A stretch of 63,982 nucleotides of DNA, filler included, from Octopus bimaculoides (Eukaryota), in NCBI RefSeq assembly GCF_001194135.2. It is 5 parts of 4 records of this genome, joined end to end, with 100 filler letters (N's around TTAATTAATTAA, not from the genome) between each part and the next. Parts side by side here need not be neighbours in the genome. Positions count along the whole stretch, not along the records: positions 21,956 to 33,488 come from NC_068990.1; positions 33,589 to 50,023 come from NC_068981.1; 3 more parts are not named here. One strand, written 5' to 3'. The notes under the pieces are model-generated. The model saw nothing but the letters and a program-made list of their open reading frames with translations, ran no database searches and was not told the DNA's origin. The position numbers and the translations under genes are program-made. This document shows, piece after piece, positions 21,956 through 34,822 of this stretch. Each line of letters begins with the position of its first letter. Position 1 is the first letter of the stretch.

Positions 21956-23713
21956 ATATATATATATATTTGTGTGTGTGTGTATACATATATATAATTT
22001 GGAGAGAGTTTATTCAAGTGTATCAAAACGCAAACGTAAAAACAGTGGGAAAACGATATTGTAGATTGTCGTATAGATATCATTCTTCCACTCCTCCAGA
22101 TGATCGAATCCCTAAATAATTTTGTGTATGTGGAGTTAGTCCAGGTCACAAATCGAATTTCAAAGATAAGGGCTGCGTAAAAAAAGCACTGACGAAGGTC
22201 AAGATCTTAGAAATTGTACGGGGAAGACTTCGCTTTGAATCGTTCATCATGAAGGAAAGTAGTGCATGAAAGGAAGGAATTCGAGCGAAATTGAGCCAAA
22301 TACGAAAGCTTAAGAGGAATGTTCGCTATAGTCTTGATATTAATTTGTTTGCGCGTGTTCTCGCACATCCCGATTTAACATATAACAAACGTATGTGTGT
22401 CAATAAGTCGTCAGAGAAATCTCACACGCAGGGAAGTTATTACCTATGCATTATGTGACATCTCTAATTGCAGTACTTGCAGCGTGGAAGTGTCGAAAAC
22501 AATGTGCGCCAGGAGGTGGATTAAAACGTCTTATGAAAGTTCACAGAAACAACATTCTAACATCTACTGCAAGAGGCGCCCATCTTTACTGCATGTGTAC
22601 GGAAGTGTGTAAGCCTCTAGCAGGTGTGAACAGCCACTTTAGTGCTGCTCTTGTTTCACAGTACAAACAGGTGAATGCATTACAGTTGTAACTATCATAT
22701 ATGTGTCTATGTATGTGTATGTATACATATATGTATATGTATGTGTATGTATATATATATATGTATGCGTGTGTGTGGGGAGTTGTGTCCACATACACAC
22801 GCACATCCATAGGTACTTATATACATATGAGTGTATGTGTAGTTTAGATATATGCAAGCGTGTATTCATATATGTATTTAATTACTTTTGTATACCTTTA
22901 AAAGTATTTGCTACTGTTACTAGATAATCCGTCACAAAACGGAATACAATAATCGTTTCTGTAACCCTTTTAGTATTGTTGTACCTTGTTGTTATTGAAC
23001 CTAACTCTTGGGGTTATGCCTCATTTCCATCTGGCAAGCATTGTTAATTAGAGCTGGTTTCTGTCTTAACTTTAGCAAACATATTTGAATTCCAGTTAGT
23101 TGTGCTTATTTAACATTCAGAGCTGCATAAAACTTCCACAAATGGAATTCGTTGGTTCAATGGTCAGAACAGTCAGTTATCGTTCGGTTCTGATTGAAGA
23201 TGTAACATCGGATGTAGTCTCACTAGTGAAAATGATACAGCGCCGACAAATTCTGGGCATTCAGTGTTTGGACGATGAGCAATCGGCTTCAGAGCATGTC
23301 ACTCAATGATACGCTCTATCGACTGAGGCGGATTCTGATCAGCAGCTAGTCAGTTGAGAAGAGACGATACAGAAATTGCCAAGGCATAACATTGATTGTA
23401 GCCAAAACCGCTATCGATCCTCTTTTCAATGATGGGTGTATTGTGTATTTTGTTTACTGACATGAAGCCAGTATGTTGATCTTCTCCTTAGAATGCGGAA
23501 GAGCATTTCAAGTAATAAATACGTACTTCAACAAGTAGGATATTTACTTTTGTCTTCAGCTGAAATAATATTTGCTAATTCTATCATTAACTTTCATCTA
23601 AGCTATTAAGAAATAGCTATTTTCACAAAATAGCAATATTGAATATTGGAAAAGCTGCTAGCATGAAGCTATGTCTTTTTTCTCTCTCTTAACCAAGTAA
23701 GAATGTTTTTCAG

Positions 23714-23809
23714 TGTCTCCTCCAAGACTGATGCTAGGATGCGCGGAAATAAGCCTTCAACGGAAAACGTGGTTCGAATGCTTGCGACAAAGTGTGTTCA
23801 TTAATAAAG
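23714..23809 (+). CDS. Candidate 96-nt exon, product unknown
   Basis: tttttcag acceptor and AAG|GTATCC donor; open in phase 1 (SPPRLMLGCAEISLQRKTWFECLRQSVFINK). No recognised homology. Confidence 0.2.
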
Positions 23810-24254
23810 GTATCCATAGGGGAGGGACAAATAGTGGAGTTAAACCGATTAAGGGATAAAATGTACCATTCTGAAAATATCCTTCAGACAGGCTTGCACC
23901 CACACTTAATCTACTAAATTTCTCTTACTATAAGTTTATTAGACCCGACACCACAATAGACGTTACTCCATCAAGCTAAGAGAAACATAATCCAAATTAT
24001 GAAGATGTGAAGCCAACTTCCTAACCACACATCCACGACATACTTGCACTCATAAAATTTATTTTTTCTATAAGCGCCCAAGGTATATTCGTTAGCGGAC
24101 TCGACCTTATATCATGTTTCTGCCAAGATTGTCTGGTGTAGTTTCACTTTCCTTCAAGAGTCGCACATGGGAGGATTTGAATTCTGTATTTCAATCTACA
24201 ATACTGCAGTTCCTTCTGAAACCGTAAACATTTTAAAAATAAAGTAGCACCAAA

Positions 24255-24482
24255 CCAGCGCGCCGGCAGAATCGTTAGCACGCTGGACAAAATACTACTT
24301 AGCGGCATTTCGTCTATCGTTACGTTGTGGATTCAAATGCCACCGAGGTCGCTTTTGTTTCTCATACTTTCCGGGTCGATGGAATAAGTACTAGTCGAGC
24401 ACGGGGGTGAGGGTGGGGGTCGATGTAATCGATTTATGCTCTCCCCACTAAAATTTCAGACCTTGTGCCTATAGTAGAAAGG
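24255..24482 (+). mobile_element. SINE family B
   Basis: tRNA-like head GGCAGAATCGTTAGCACG..., core GAGGTCG..TTT..T.TCAT.CTTT.CGGGTCGAT, tail CCTTGTGCCTATAGTAGAAAGG. Confidence 0.85.
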
Positions 24483-26067
24483 TTCAATTAGAGGAGCACT
24501 AAACTGCGTTGAATTAAATATAGTGATGTAGAGTTGAATTAAATATAGCGATTGTACAGTAACATTTATTTATACAGCATATACCAAGCATTCTCGATGT
24601 AGTGGATTCTGCAATTTAATAGCAAATTGGTTTAAGCACCGGTGAAATTCAGCGACAATACAACGACTTGATTCGAACCTTGAGTTCTTCAGTTAGCACA
24701 GAAAAGTTTTCTAGCATGATATAGGAGCATTTCTGAAATGTAAAGTTATTTCCGTCAGATAGGTACCATATTCACCTTCGATACCATAAGATAAACATTC
24801 AATATCAGAACTGCTTTGGTATTTAAGGAATTATTTCAACGTTCAATTGAAAAGATTAAAGTGAATAATATGGATTGCGACTTTAGGATTAACAATAAAG
24901 CTGTTTAAGTATCTCAATGAATACGCCGTTATCGGCATATACTGCTAAACTCAAAAATATTTCCTGTAAGAATGACAAACCGCACTATTCACTTCGAATC
25001 ACACGTAATGTGTATATATAATACATACGCACACACGCGCACACACACATATATACACACACAATACACACAAACACACGTATAGGTATTCAGAGAACTG
25101 TATGCAGACGTACTTATGTATGTAAACAAAATTACATATATAGATACATACGTACGTACATACACACAGATTTCCCTCTCACTCACTCTCTCTCTCCTTA
25201 TATATATATATATATATATATATTAATTTATGCACACACACAAATACCTACGCACATGATCATATATGTGTATATGTATAAATACATATTTGTGCGTGCG
25301 CATGTATGTATGTATGTATAAGAAAACTTTATACTATAGAATAATTCGAATCACCAGATATTACGACATAAGGTGAAGAAGTGTATGAGCTGTTTCCTTG
25401 AAGATACGTCCCAAAACATAATGTACAGATTATGTTATTTCCTGGAGTAAAAGCATTAGACTGAAATGGAATGTTTATACCTAAAGAATTCTTCGCTAAT
25501 TGAATCTTAACATCATCTTATGGCATGACATATATTTCATTAAACTGGCTGTACACATTACAGGAATTTAGATATGATTTTATTTAAAGATTTGTTTTAT
25601 TCATTATAATTCTTGATATACAGATAATTCCTGATATACAGAGAATGGTTCAATGGCATAACAACGAATTGGCTGCTCTATACTATAAGAATGAGTGTTG
25701 GGGAATTTCTATTTGTAATTTAGCGGAAATTGATGTTGATTTCAGTAGCGTTATAGTAGCATTTTTAATTCTCTTTCCCGATCGACGAAGTTAGAATATA
25801 TATCTAAATCAGCTGTTAGTGTTTCTGTTATGATTATCATGAACGATTCATTTTTATTTGGATAGGATGTTAATATACTGCTAGTTTATTAAAAAGGGTT
25901 GATTCTTGCAAAATTCAACAGAAGACCTATGAGACTTAGCATACATCTGTGAAGTAATAGACTCATTCCGGCATCCTTGTCCGAGTTATTTCTCCACATT
26001 TGATAAACTTGGATTTATTTTACCTGTATCCGAATAAAAAGTGGTTATACCTAATTCGAACTAAAGG

Positions 26068-26070
<3 letters not shown>

Positions 26071-26134
<64 letters not shown>
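26071..26134. repeat. (CT)n microsatellite
   Basis: Directly visible. Confidence 0.95.
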
Positions 26135-26138
<4 letters not shown>

Positions 26139-26539
26139 CCTCCCCCTCACACACAAGGGTTTTATTTTTGTTGTTTGATATCCATTTCAGAACTTTTGTC
26201 TCAGTTCCTAAACAGCCAACCACATATAACTATAAAAAGTGATATCAAACCCTCTCAAATAGCATTTTAAAATTCAGAGGGTTTAATGCTTAGTGAAGCT
26301 TTTTGGTGTTAAACTGATGTGATGTAGAATGTTTTCCGTATAGCTTTACATTTTATCCCAAGTCACAGTCTCAAAAGCATATCAATTCACATACATTAGT
26401 TGTTTAATTCACTTCGTTACTTATACATTTTAAATGCGTAAACCTCTTCGAAAACGAAAATACTTTTATGGTTGGTTTCCCGGTTTATATATTTTCATTT
26501 TTGCTGGGTGGGTATGCCGGTCCGTCGCAAAATTATTTA

Positions 26540-26690
26540 TTCTGCCGGCTGAATAAACTGGAGCAACGTGAAAAGGAATATTCTGGTGAAGAACACAATG
26601 CGTTGCCCAGTCTAGGAATCGAAGTCCACAATCTTATGATTATGAATCCAACACCCCTTACCATTAAACCACAGGATTACAATACAATTT
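26540..26690 (-). mobile_element. SINE family C head fragment
   Basis: Minus-strand tRNA-like head followed by ..TGTGTTCTTCACCAGAA..TTCC.TTTCACGTTGCTCCAG. Confidence 0.65.
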
Positions 26691-27849
26691 AAGAAATATA
26701 TTTTTCAAAAAGATTTTTAAAGTAGAACGTAAATAAAGTGAGTGTCATATGAATTTACTAGTTCTCTATATAGCAAAATGTGTACTTGAAAGTTTCCAGG
26801 GAGAGGGCATTACTTGAAGACTATTGGAAAACTTAAACCACAAGGACGTTAAATATATCACAATTCTTCCGATAATTTTTTAAAATTAGTTCAATATAAA
26901 GACTTAGCAGTCTTTCGTACACCTAACGTAAAGGAATTATAACAACTGTTCTTTACACGAACTATAAAATTTATAATGCTTAAGGCATATTTAAGCGTTT
27001 AACAGCTAGTAAACCGTTGAAACAAAAGTATTATCGACACAAACTCATGGATACCAGCTGCCAATAACGAGCTACTTTAATTGACTTCAATCTGCCTTAC
27101 AAAATGATAAATAGTTGCAGAATAGAATTTAGGGTTGCAATGGAATAAGTGGGAGATGTCTTTATCTTTACACCTAGATTAAGGGAAATTTTTAAAACTG
27201 TCTTCCTTAGTGTGTTTCTTAATTTTATTTGGAGATAATCCAATCAGAATATGTCATCATGGGGAAATGATCATTGTCAGAGAAATTATTAGAATAATAG
27301 AGATAATAGTCTTAACATTTTAAACATGTTCATATTAACTAAATTGTTTTATAAACTCCATTGAACAAGTCATCCATTATAGTTACTTGTATTCCAGTGC
27401 GTGCGTATAAAGGACATGCACACATACATTCACTTTTATTGTTATATAATTCGGTAAATCAATTAAAGAACATTGTTTCTGCTGTTGCTGAAAGTATAGA
27501 AACTATATCATCATAAGTACGATTGTCGACACAAGTAAAGCAACGATAGAGGCCGAGTCATCAGCCTATAATATGTTTTCTGTGTCCGTCAGTTTTTAAT
27601 TCAATTTCGTGATTGATTTTCAGATGATATTTCTCACGTGACACCCGCGAAACGTTTAAAAGTCTTTCAGTTTCCTCTAATCTTATTGTGCATGCATAAA
27701 TATGTAAAGCTGACAACGTTGTTAACAACAACAATAATAATAGGACTGGCAAAGTACTTAGAAACAAAGAGTGAAGACTACTGCATGTAGTAAAGCAACA
27801 CGAGGCGACAAAATACAAAACAAAAACAAACTACACTGACCTCGGATGA

Positions 27850-28870
27850 CAATATAGCAGAAATGGTCAAAGAGACAAAAAACAACATGAAAACTGAATT
27901 ACAAAAGATACTGAAGAAAAAATGGAGAGAAAAATCACTTCATGGCCAATACCCTTAACAGAGAGGAAACGTGCTTCAACACTAAATGCAGAATGTGAAA
28001 CCAGTACAATGAGACAGTTGAACACATCATCTCGTGCTGCCCAGGCCTTGAAAATTTTGAATATGTATACAGACACGACAAAGTAAGCAGTTATATCCAA
28101 TGGACAATATACCAACATGACAACATCAAAACTGACAACAGGTGGTGTAAGGATGTGCCAAGCAAGGTACATGACAACAACCAGGCCAAAATCATCCGGG
28201 ATATGCCAGTGCAAACCGACAAAGCAATAAAAGCTAATCGCCCAGACAGTATAGTCAAGGATTGGTGGGAGGAGAAACACCTGCTTACTTAGACATTGCA
28301 GCATCTTCTGATCAAAATTTTGTCAAAAGAGAAGTGGAGAAATTTTCAAAGTACAAAGACCTCGAAATTGCAGTATTCAAAATGTAGGGCATAAAGATAA
28401 AAACAATACCAATAATAATTGGAGCATTGGGCTTGATAAAAAACATATGAACAAAAATATAGAATCAATACCTGGATCCTCAACATTGCACATTGTCCAA
28501 AAAATAGCTCTGCTAGGAACAGCCCACACTCTACGCAAGACACTATGACTGAATAATACAACCAAAACCAAACAATCCACAAATACCAGACATTCTGTTC
28601 AGCATTTACCCAGTGAAATAAACTTCCACCAGCCATCCAGAAAACCAAAGCATTACACACTCAACATACATACAAGCAATAAAATGACAAAAGACTGCAC
28701 CACATCTCAAGAGAAAGAACAAAAACTAGCACAATACAGTACCGGGATGAGTTTTCACACTTCCAGCAGCAGAAAAGAAGACACAATGCTGCACACACCC
28801 CAACAACACGGAGGTGTAGCAGGTGATGCTGTAGAAATTTGCCTCAATCTACCAAATATTGAATAGTTAT
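27850..28870 (+). mobile_element. R4/Dong-like RLE non-LTR retrotransposon, 3' part
   Basis: WREKITSWPIP/HGQY region, CCHC knuckle KCRM..ETVEHIISCCP, TDKAIKANRPD, EVEKFSKYKDLEI, IPIIIGALGLI, QKIALLGTAHTLRKTL*, then a probable UTR and an (AAT)n tract. Confidence 0.9.
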
Positions 28871-28871
<1 letters not shown>

Positions 28872-28919
<48 letters not shown>

Positions 28920-28943
28920 TAATAATAATAATGATAATAATAA
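28872..28943. repeat. (AAT)n microsatellite
   Basis: Directly visible. Confidence 0.95.
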
Positions 28944-28945
28944 TC

Positions 28946-29118
28946 TTTTCTACTGTAGGCACAAGGTCTGAAGTTTGGGGAGATGGGGTAAGTTGATCAC
29001 AGCGCCCCCAGTACTTGACCGATACTTAATTTATCGATCCCGAAAGGATGAAAGGAAAGTCAACTTCGGCAGAATTATAACTCAGAACGTAGCGGCAGAC
29101 GAAATACCGCTAAGCATT
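28946..29118 (-). mobile_element. SINE family B
   Basis: TTTTCTACTGTAGGCACAAGG...ACTTAATTTATCGATCCCGAAAGGATGAAAGG.AAAGTC. Confidence 0.88.
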
Positions 29119-29639
29119 TTGTTTGTTTGTTTTATTTTTAAACCTGAGACAATGCCAAATTTTGTTGACAATTTATAACTGGCTGATTCGAATCATGTTC
29201 TTTCCTTCCTACCGGATACTTATTTTAAGGACTATGCAATTGATATAGTAAATTTGACTTCTACATAATTTGTTCAGTAATGAACCGAACAAAATAGTGA
29301 AAATTATTAAGTCTGCTTCCCATCCTATTCTCTTTTACTAACACTGAATCTGAATCTGTATCCTACATCTTTGCTACTTTAATATTCTATCAACATTTCT
29401 ATTAAGGTGGCAACGTTTTTTTTTACTGTTGAATTATTTGCTTGATCTGTTTATGAATGTTAATACCGTTTGTATATGTTGTTTCAATTTATATGTAAGT
29501 GAGTGTGTGTGTGTGTGTGTACTGAATCAGTGCGTAACGATGTGTTTGTTTTAGTGAGCGTGTGACGTTTGTTTTCTGAGTTAGTAAAGATTAGCTAGTT
29601 TACCATTAATGTTTCAAGGCTGGAGTGGATAGGTATTAG

Positions 29640-29650
29640 AGATAGATAGG

Positions 29651-29684
<34 letters not shown>

Positions 29685-29685
29685 T

Positions 29686-29730
<45 letters not shown>

Positions 29731-29733
29731 GAA

Positions 29734-29780
<47 letters not shown>
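29640..29780. repeat. (GATA)n/(GACA)n microsatellite
   Basis: Directly visible. Confidence 0.95.
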
Positions 29781-31020
29781 CCTGGCTGGTTCGCTTTATG
29801 ATACATGTTACATGTGTGATAGTGCTCAACTTATAGTTGGCTATTGGCTTGCGTAGAACGGAGCACTATCAGGCTTCCTAAAGGACACTTGTATTATCGA
29901 GGTCAAGTTGAACATGACAAAGAAACAGTTTTCTTTCGGCAGATTCGTTTCAGCTATCATCTTCATGCTAAATGTATTAAATATTACAATGATTCGATAT
30001 CTGAAAGTGTCAACCGTTCACTTGCCAGTTCCTTCAATATAGTCCCAACTATCATTACTACTTTCTGTCAAGTTAAAGAAGAATTGGCTGTCTAACTAAT
30101 AGCCTTCCTTAGAGCTCAAATACATCTGTTCCATTGTTCTTGATTCCGTAGATGCACTCATTAAAAAGAAATCCGTCTAACCATGCGATGCAAGAAATAA
30201 TATATATTTCCTTCCAAACTTCTACTTATTATGAGTAAGAAACGACATATTACTGTCTATAAATCTATGACATTTATATTAGTACAAAAATTAAAGACCT
30301 TCCCAAGTTAATATTCTGTCACAAATATTGTGCTTCTCATAGCTTGCATTTAAATCTTAATGGATTTCAATTTACGTTCCATTTCTATTTGCACATTTAT
30401 TACGTACAATGATGAGCTGGCCTACACATTGTACTAATTTACAGCCATAGGTAGTCCATTTTAAGTGTTTTGCCTCTCACTAAGTACTCTAGAGGAAATA
30501 TGATACAAACTCCTAATTCTTATTGTTAATGTCTGATGCAATATCGATACAACCAGATGAAACTTGTCCCCTTTAGAGGAAGTAAGAACCAGCGATACCG
30601 AGGTGCATCCGATAATCGACTTATTCATATAATTGCAGAAGAATTTGTGCCAAGATAGAGTCAGCTTGAGTAAATCCTTTTGCCAGCTAGACAGACACGA
30701 TGTGATGAATTTCAAAACGAGAACCTGACGAAATACTTGCTAACTAGCTGGAACCGCGTATATTCCACGGAGTGGGCAATCTTTATGACATTCTTATATT
30801 GCATATTTAAAAAATAATTTCCGCTACTACGGAAATTATTCAGTAGGTCGCACTGAAAGCATTTTTCGACGCAGAGCAATACTTCCTGGTGCGTATGTTA
30901 CTTTAAGATAATTTCTACTCAAACATCATTCTTGTCATTAATGGCTGTTTATGATCGGAGTGGATCAAATCAAAATCAACAATCTACTTGTTATGAATGC
31001 AATTATATAATTTAAATGTG

Positions 31021-31024
<4 letters not shown>

Positions 31025-31116
<92 letters not shown>

Positions 31117-31158
31117 CGCGTGTGTGTGTGCGCGTGCACAAGAGAGAGAGAGAGAGAT
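31025..31158. repeat. (GT)n followed by (GA)n
   Basis: Directly visible. Confidence 0.95.
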
Positions 31159-32023
31159 TTCCTTATATAAACAAATGTATACATTCACTTAAATACGCTC
31201 TTTATATAACTGTAAAGTAAACATGAACTACATGGTGCAGATATGCTAAAACCAGAAATTGTGATATGTCATAAAAATCCACTATAGTCACCCAAGCAAA
31301 CCTACCAATATAAAAGTTAGTGAAAAAAACATCAGCAAACTAATAATTCACAAATGTAATAACTTAGAAACTAATATTTACCCTTAAGTTCATTTTATAG
31401 TCATTAAAAAGCTCTCTATATATGTTCTGGATTTACATGGCTTTACCACTAACTCATGTGGTAACTTGAACCAAACAAGAGCAATCGCAAACAGACAGAA
31501 CGTAGAGCACGTGCTAACTTACAAACGGAGTGACAAGCAGATTTATAATATAAGTATGCAGATTTACTGATAATTACAGCAATGAAGTACGTCAGTTTGT
31601 GCCATATTTAGAGGTAAGTGGTGTTGACTGGCAGAACCAGTATAGTGTAGTAGTTTACATGCGGTCTTTCGCGTTTTATCGTTTGAAATCTGGCCGATGT
31701 AAATATTTTAATTTATCGTTCCAGGATCAATAAAATAGAGAACCAGTTGAGTATCAAAAGCAATGTAATCGGTTGGTGCTCCCGAATTTGTATCATTATA
31801 CCCCTATCACACTTCGTACCTGCGAATAGTGGATTTATGCTATGATGTAATGTATAAATGCAGCAATAAAGTGCTACCGAAACAACTGTATAAATTTTAA
31901 CCATTGCTTGTTTTCTTTTATACCTAGTTCTTTTACGTTACTGTGAAGTTAATGCTATGATACCTAGCTAGTCCTGGTGTCCTACGTGTTGATGCCCCTA
32001 GACTCTAATGAATCTTAAATAAT

Positions 32024-32497
32024 TTGTATGTGTGTGTGTATGTATGTGTGTGTGTATGTATGTGTGTGTATGTATGTGTGTATGTATGTGTGTGTATGTA
32101 TGTGTGTGTATGTATGTGTGTATGTATGTGTATGTGTATGTATGTGTGTGTGTATGTACGTGTGTGTGTATGTATGTGTGTGTGTNNNNNNNNNNNNNNN
32201 NNNNNNNNNNNNNNNNNNNNNNNNNNNNNNNNNNNNNNNNNNNNNNNNNNNNNNNNNNNNNNNNNNNNNNNNNNNNNNNNNNNNNNNNNNNNNNNNNNNN
32301 NNNNNNNNNNNNNACTCTAATGAATCTTAAATAATTTGTATGTGTGTGTGTATGTATGTGTGTGTGTATGTATGTGTGTGTATGTATGTGTGTATGTATG
32401 TGTGTGTATGTATGTGTGTGTATGTATGTGTGTATGTATGTGTATGTGTATGTATGTGTGTGTGTATGTACGTGTGTGTGTATGTATGTGTGTGTGT
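32024..32497. repeat. (GTAT/GT)n tract, falsely duplicated across an N gap
   Basis: Unique flank ACTCTAATGAATCTTAAATAATTTGTATG occurs at 32002 and again at 32324, right after the gap. Confidence 0.85.
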
Positions 32498-33488
32498 TTT
32501 AGGTAGATAGCTGATAAGATAGTTAAATAGATTGATAAAGATGTATATAAAGATGTTAATGAGTTGGCAGGCTGTCACTTCTTTTCAGCTAAAGTGCCCC
32601 TCATATACCTGAATCAAATCCATGAACCACGCCAGCTTCTTTTAAAGAAATTTCCCTATTTTTTTTTTCTGAGGAAAACGTCAAACAAAAATTCGAGAAG
32701 TTAACACTCAATAATGTGCGTATGATAATACGTGTGTGGACGTTGCATTGAGATACTGTCAAACCGCTGAAAGTCATGAGTTGCATTATAAAGAAGGCCA
32801 CGAACTATTTGGACATTAGATACAAAAACTCTCAAATGTATTCAATAGATGTCAGATTTTCGATTACAAAGCACATCTATAAATACTGCTTTATTTATGG
32901 GACATTTTCATGCGCTCGCGCATAGAAAAACATTTGTATATAAATATAAATATACGTGTGTTCGTTCCAAGCGTGCACGCGTGTGTGTGTGAATCCGTAT
33001 GGCGTATGTGTGTCTGACTATGCGTGTGACGTATAAACTTAAGTAATTCAACAGTATAATTATTTTCATTGTCCACCGTTGAAATTGGAGCAATCAATGA
33101 GCAGAAGTAAAGAAAAAATAGAATAAATAAATGAAAGATGTCGATAAAGTAAACGTAAAAATATTCGTAGTGTTTTGCTACCAATATTTACCTATATATT
33201 CATAAATAATTTATTACTTTTATACACAATTGGGGATAAAATATAAAGAAAATTGTTGGTCATTGAATATCCCCGCAAAACGGTACGTATTAAAGACCAC
33301 TTCTTTTGCATTTCATTTGCATGTAATCGGATTACTTTGAGAGCAAGAAAGATGTTCAAGAAATATTTACTGCTATGTTCTATTCAATTCTCTTCTCTCT
33401 CTCTCATAGTTAGAAATAACGCATACATAAGCATATACACATTCATTCCTACGTATATAGGAGTGCACACACGCACACATACATATAT

Positions 33489-33588
33489 NNNNNNNNNNNN
33501 NNNNNNNNNNNNNNNNNNNNNNNNNNNNNNNNTTAATTAATTAANNNNNNNNNNNNNNNNNNNNNNNNNNNNNNNNNNNNNNNNNNNN
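33489..33588. other. Artificial scaffold join N44-TTAATTAATTAA-N44
   Basis: Same 100-bp structure. Confidence 0.95.
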
Positions 33589-33632
<44 letters not shown>

Positions 33633-34070
33633 TGTATGTATATGCTTATATACATACACACACAAATGCATACACACTCTCTCTCTCTCTCTCTCTCTCT
33701 CCATTTGTATATGCACTTGTATATATACATTATATATAGATACATATATATATTTATATATATATATATATATATATGAGTGTGTATGTATATGCTTATA
33801 TACATACACACACACACACGCGTGCACACATACCACTCTCTCTCTCTCTTTCTCTCTCTATCCCTCTCTCTCTCACTCTCTATCTTCTCTGTTCTACAAC
33901 CATCATTGACATTAGCCATTTATTCTTGCCTTGTTTTATGTTTACACACAGCCAACTGGTTCTCATACCACATTTGGTACACCTACTTGCAATACTCATA
34001 CACATCTGTGTGCACACATGCACACAGATGCACATCTTCACATATGCATACAAACACATTTGTACATATA

Positions 34071-34500
34071 GGTGCAGGAGTGGCTGTGTGCTAAGTAGCT
34101 TACTTACCAACCACATGGTTCTGGGTTCAGTCCCACTGCATGGCACCTTGGGCAAGTGTCTTCTACTATAGCCTCGGGCCGACTAAAACCTTGTGAGTGG
34201 ATTTGGTAGACGGAAACTGAAAGAAGCCCGTCGTATATATGTATATATGTATATGTATATATATATGTGTGTGTAACTTAACTGTTTGTGTGTCTGTGTT
34301 TGTCCCCACCAACATTGCTTGACAACCGATGCTGGTGTTTTTACATCTCCGTAACTTAGCGGTTCGGCAAAAGAGATCCGATAGAATAAGTACTACGCTT
34401 ACAAAGAATAAGTCCTGGCATTGATTTGCTCAACTAAATGCGGTGCTCCAGCATGGCCACAGTCAAATGACTGAAACAAATAAAAGAGAGTAAAAGAGAG
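34071..34500 (+). mobile_element. SINE family A, full length
   Basis: tRNA-like head GG(T/C)GCAGGAGTGGCTG..GGTTCAGTCCCACTG, core GGCACCTTGGGCAAGTGTCTTCTACTATAGCC, internal (TA/TG)n, tail GTCAAATGACTGAAAC..AAAGAG. Confidence 0.92.
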
Positions 34501-34822
34501 ATATACACACATGTACAAGCACACATATCTTGATGTATGCATATGTACACATGTATATATACACATGTGTACACACAATCACACAAGTGCACATACATAT
34601 GTACATACATGTACGGACATATACACTTTATGCACACATACATCTGCACAAACAACAAGCAGAATTACCATGTTAGGTCGTACTGGGTGGTGGTATGTCC
34701 GGCAATCCCTGGCTCTTGTTATGACATGGGACAAATGCACATCCTTGCCATTGTGAGTCTAAGGAGGACATTGTCAATCATATGGAAGGACTTGGATCAC
34801 AGATGCTACCCCAGAACTCAGT

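Noticed and set aside
22185-22230. CTGACGAAGGTC..GATCT..GAAATTGTA
   Set aside because: Extra bases before GAAA and no stem I; probably chance.
24627-24728. Protein-like frame QIGLSTGEIQRQYNDLIRTLSSSVSTEKFSSMI*
   Set aside because: Weak acceptor, no donor, no recognised homology.
27618-27668. CAGATGA...GCGAAACGTT
   Set aside because: Core mismatch and no stem II.
29844-30095. 83-aa ORF
   Set aside because: Non-ATG start, a second frame is nearly as open, no motif or splice support.
32002-32497. Tandem duplication of unique flank plus microsatellite
   Set aside because: Duplicated across an N gap; assembly artefact. Similar cases near 61720-61830 and probably 33625-33860 and 62880-63000.
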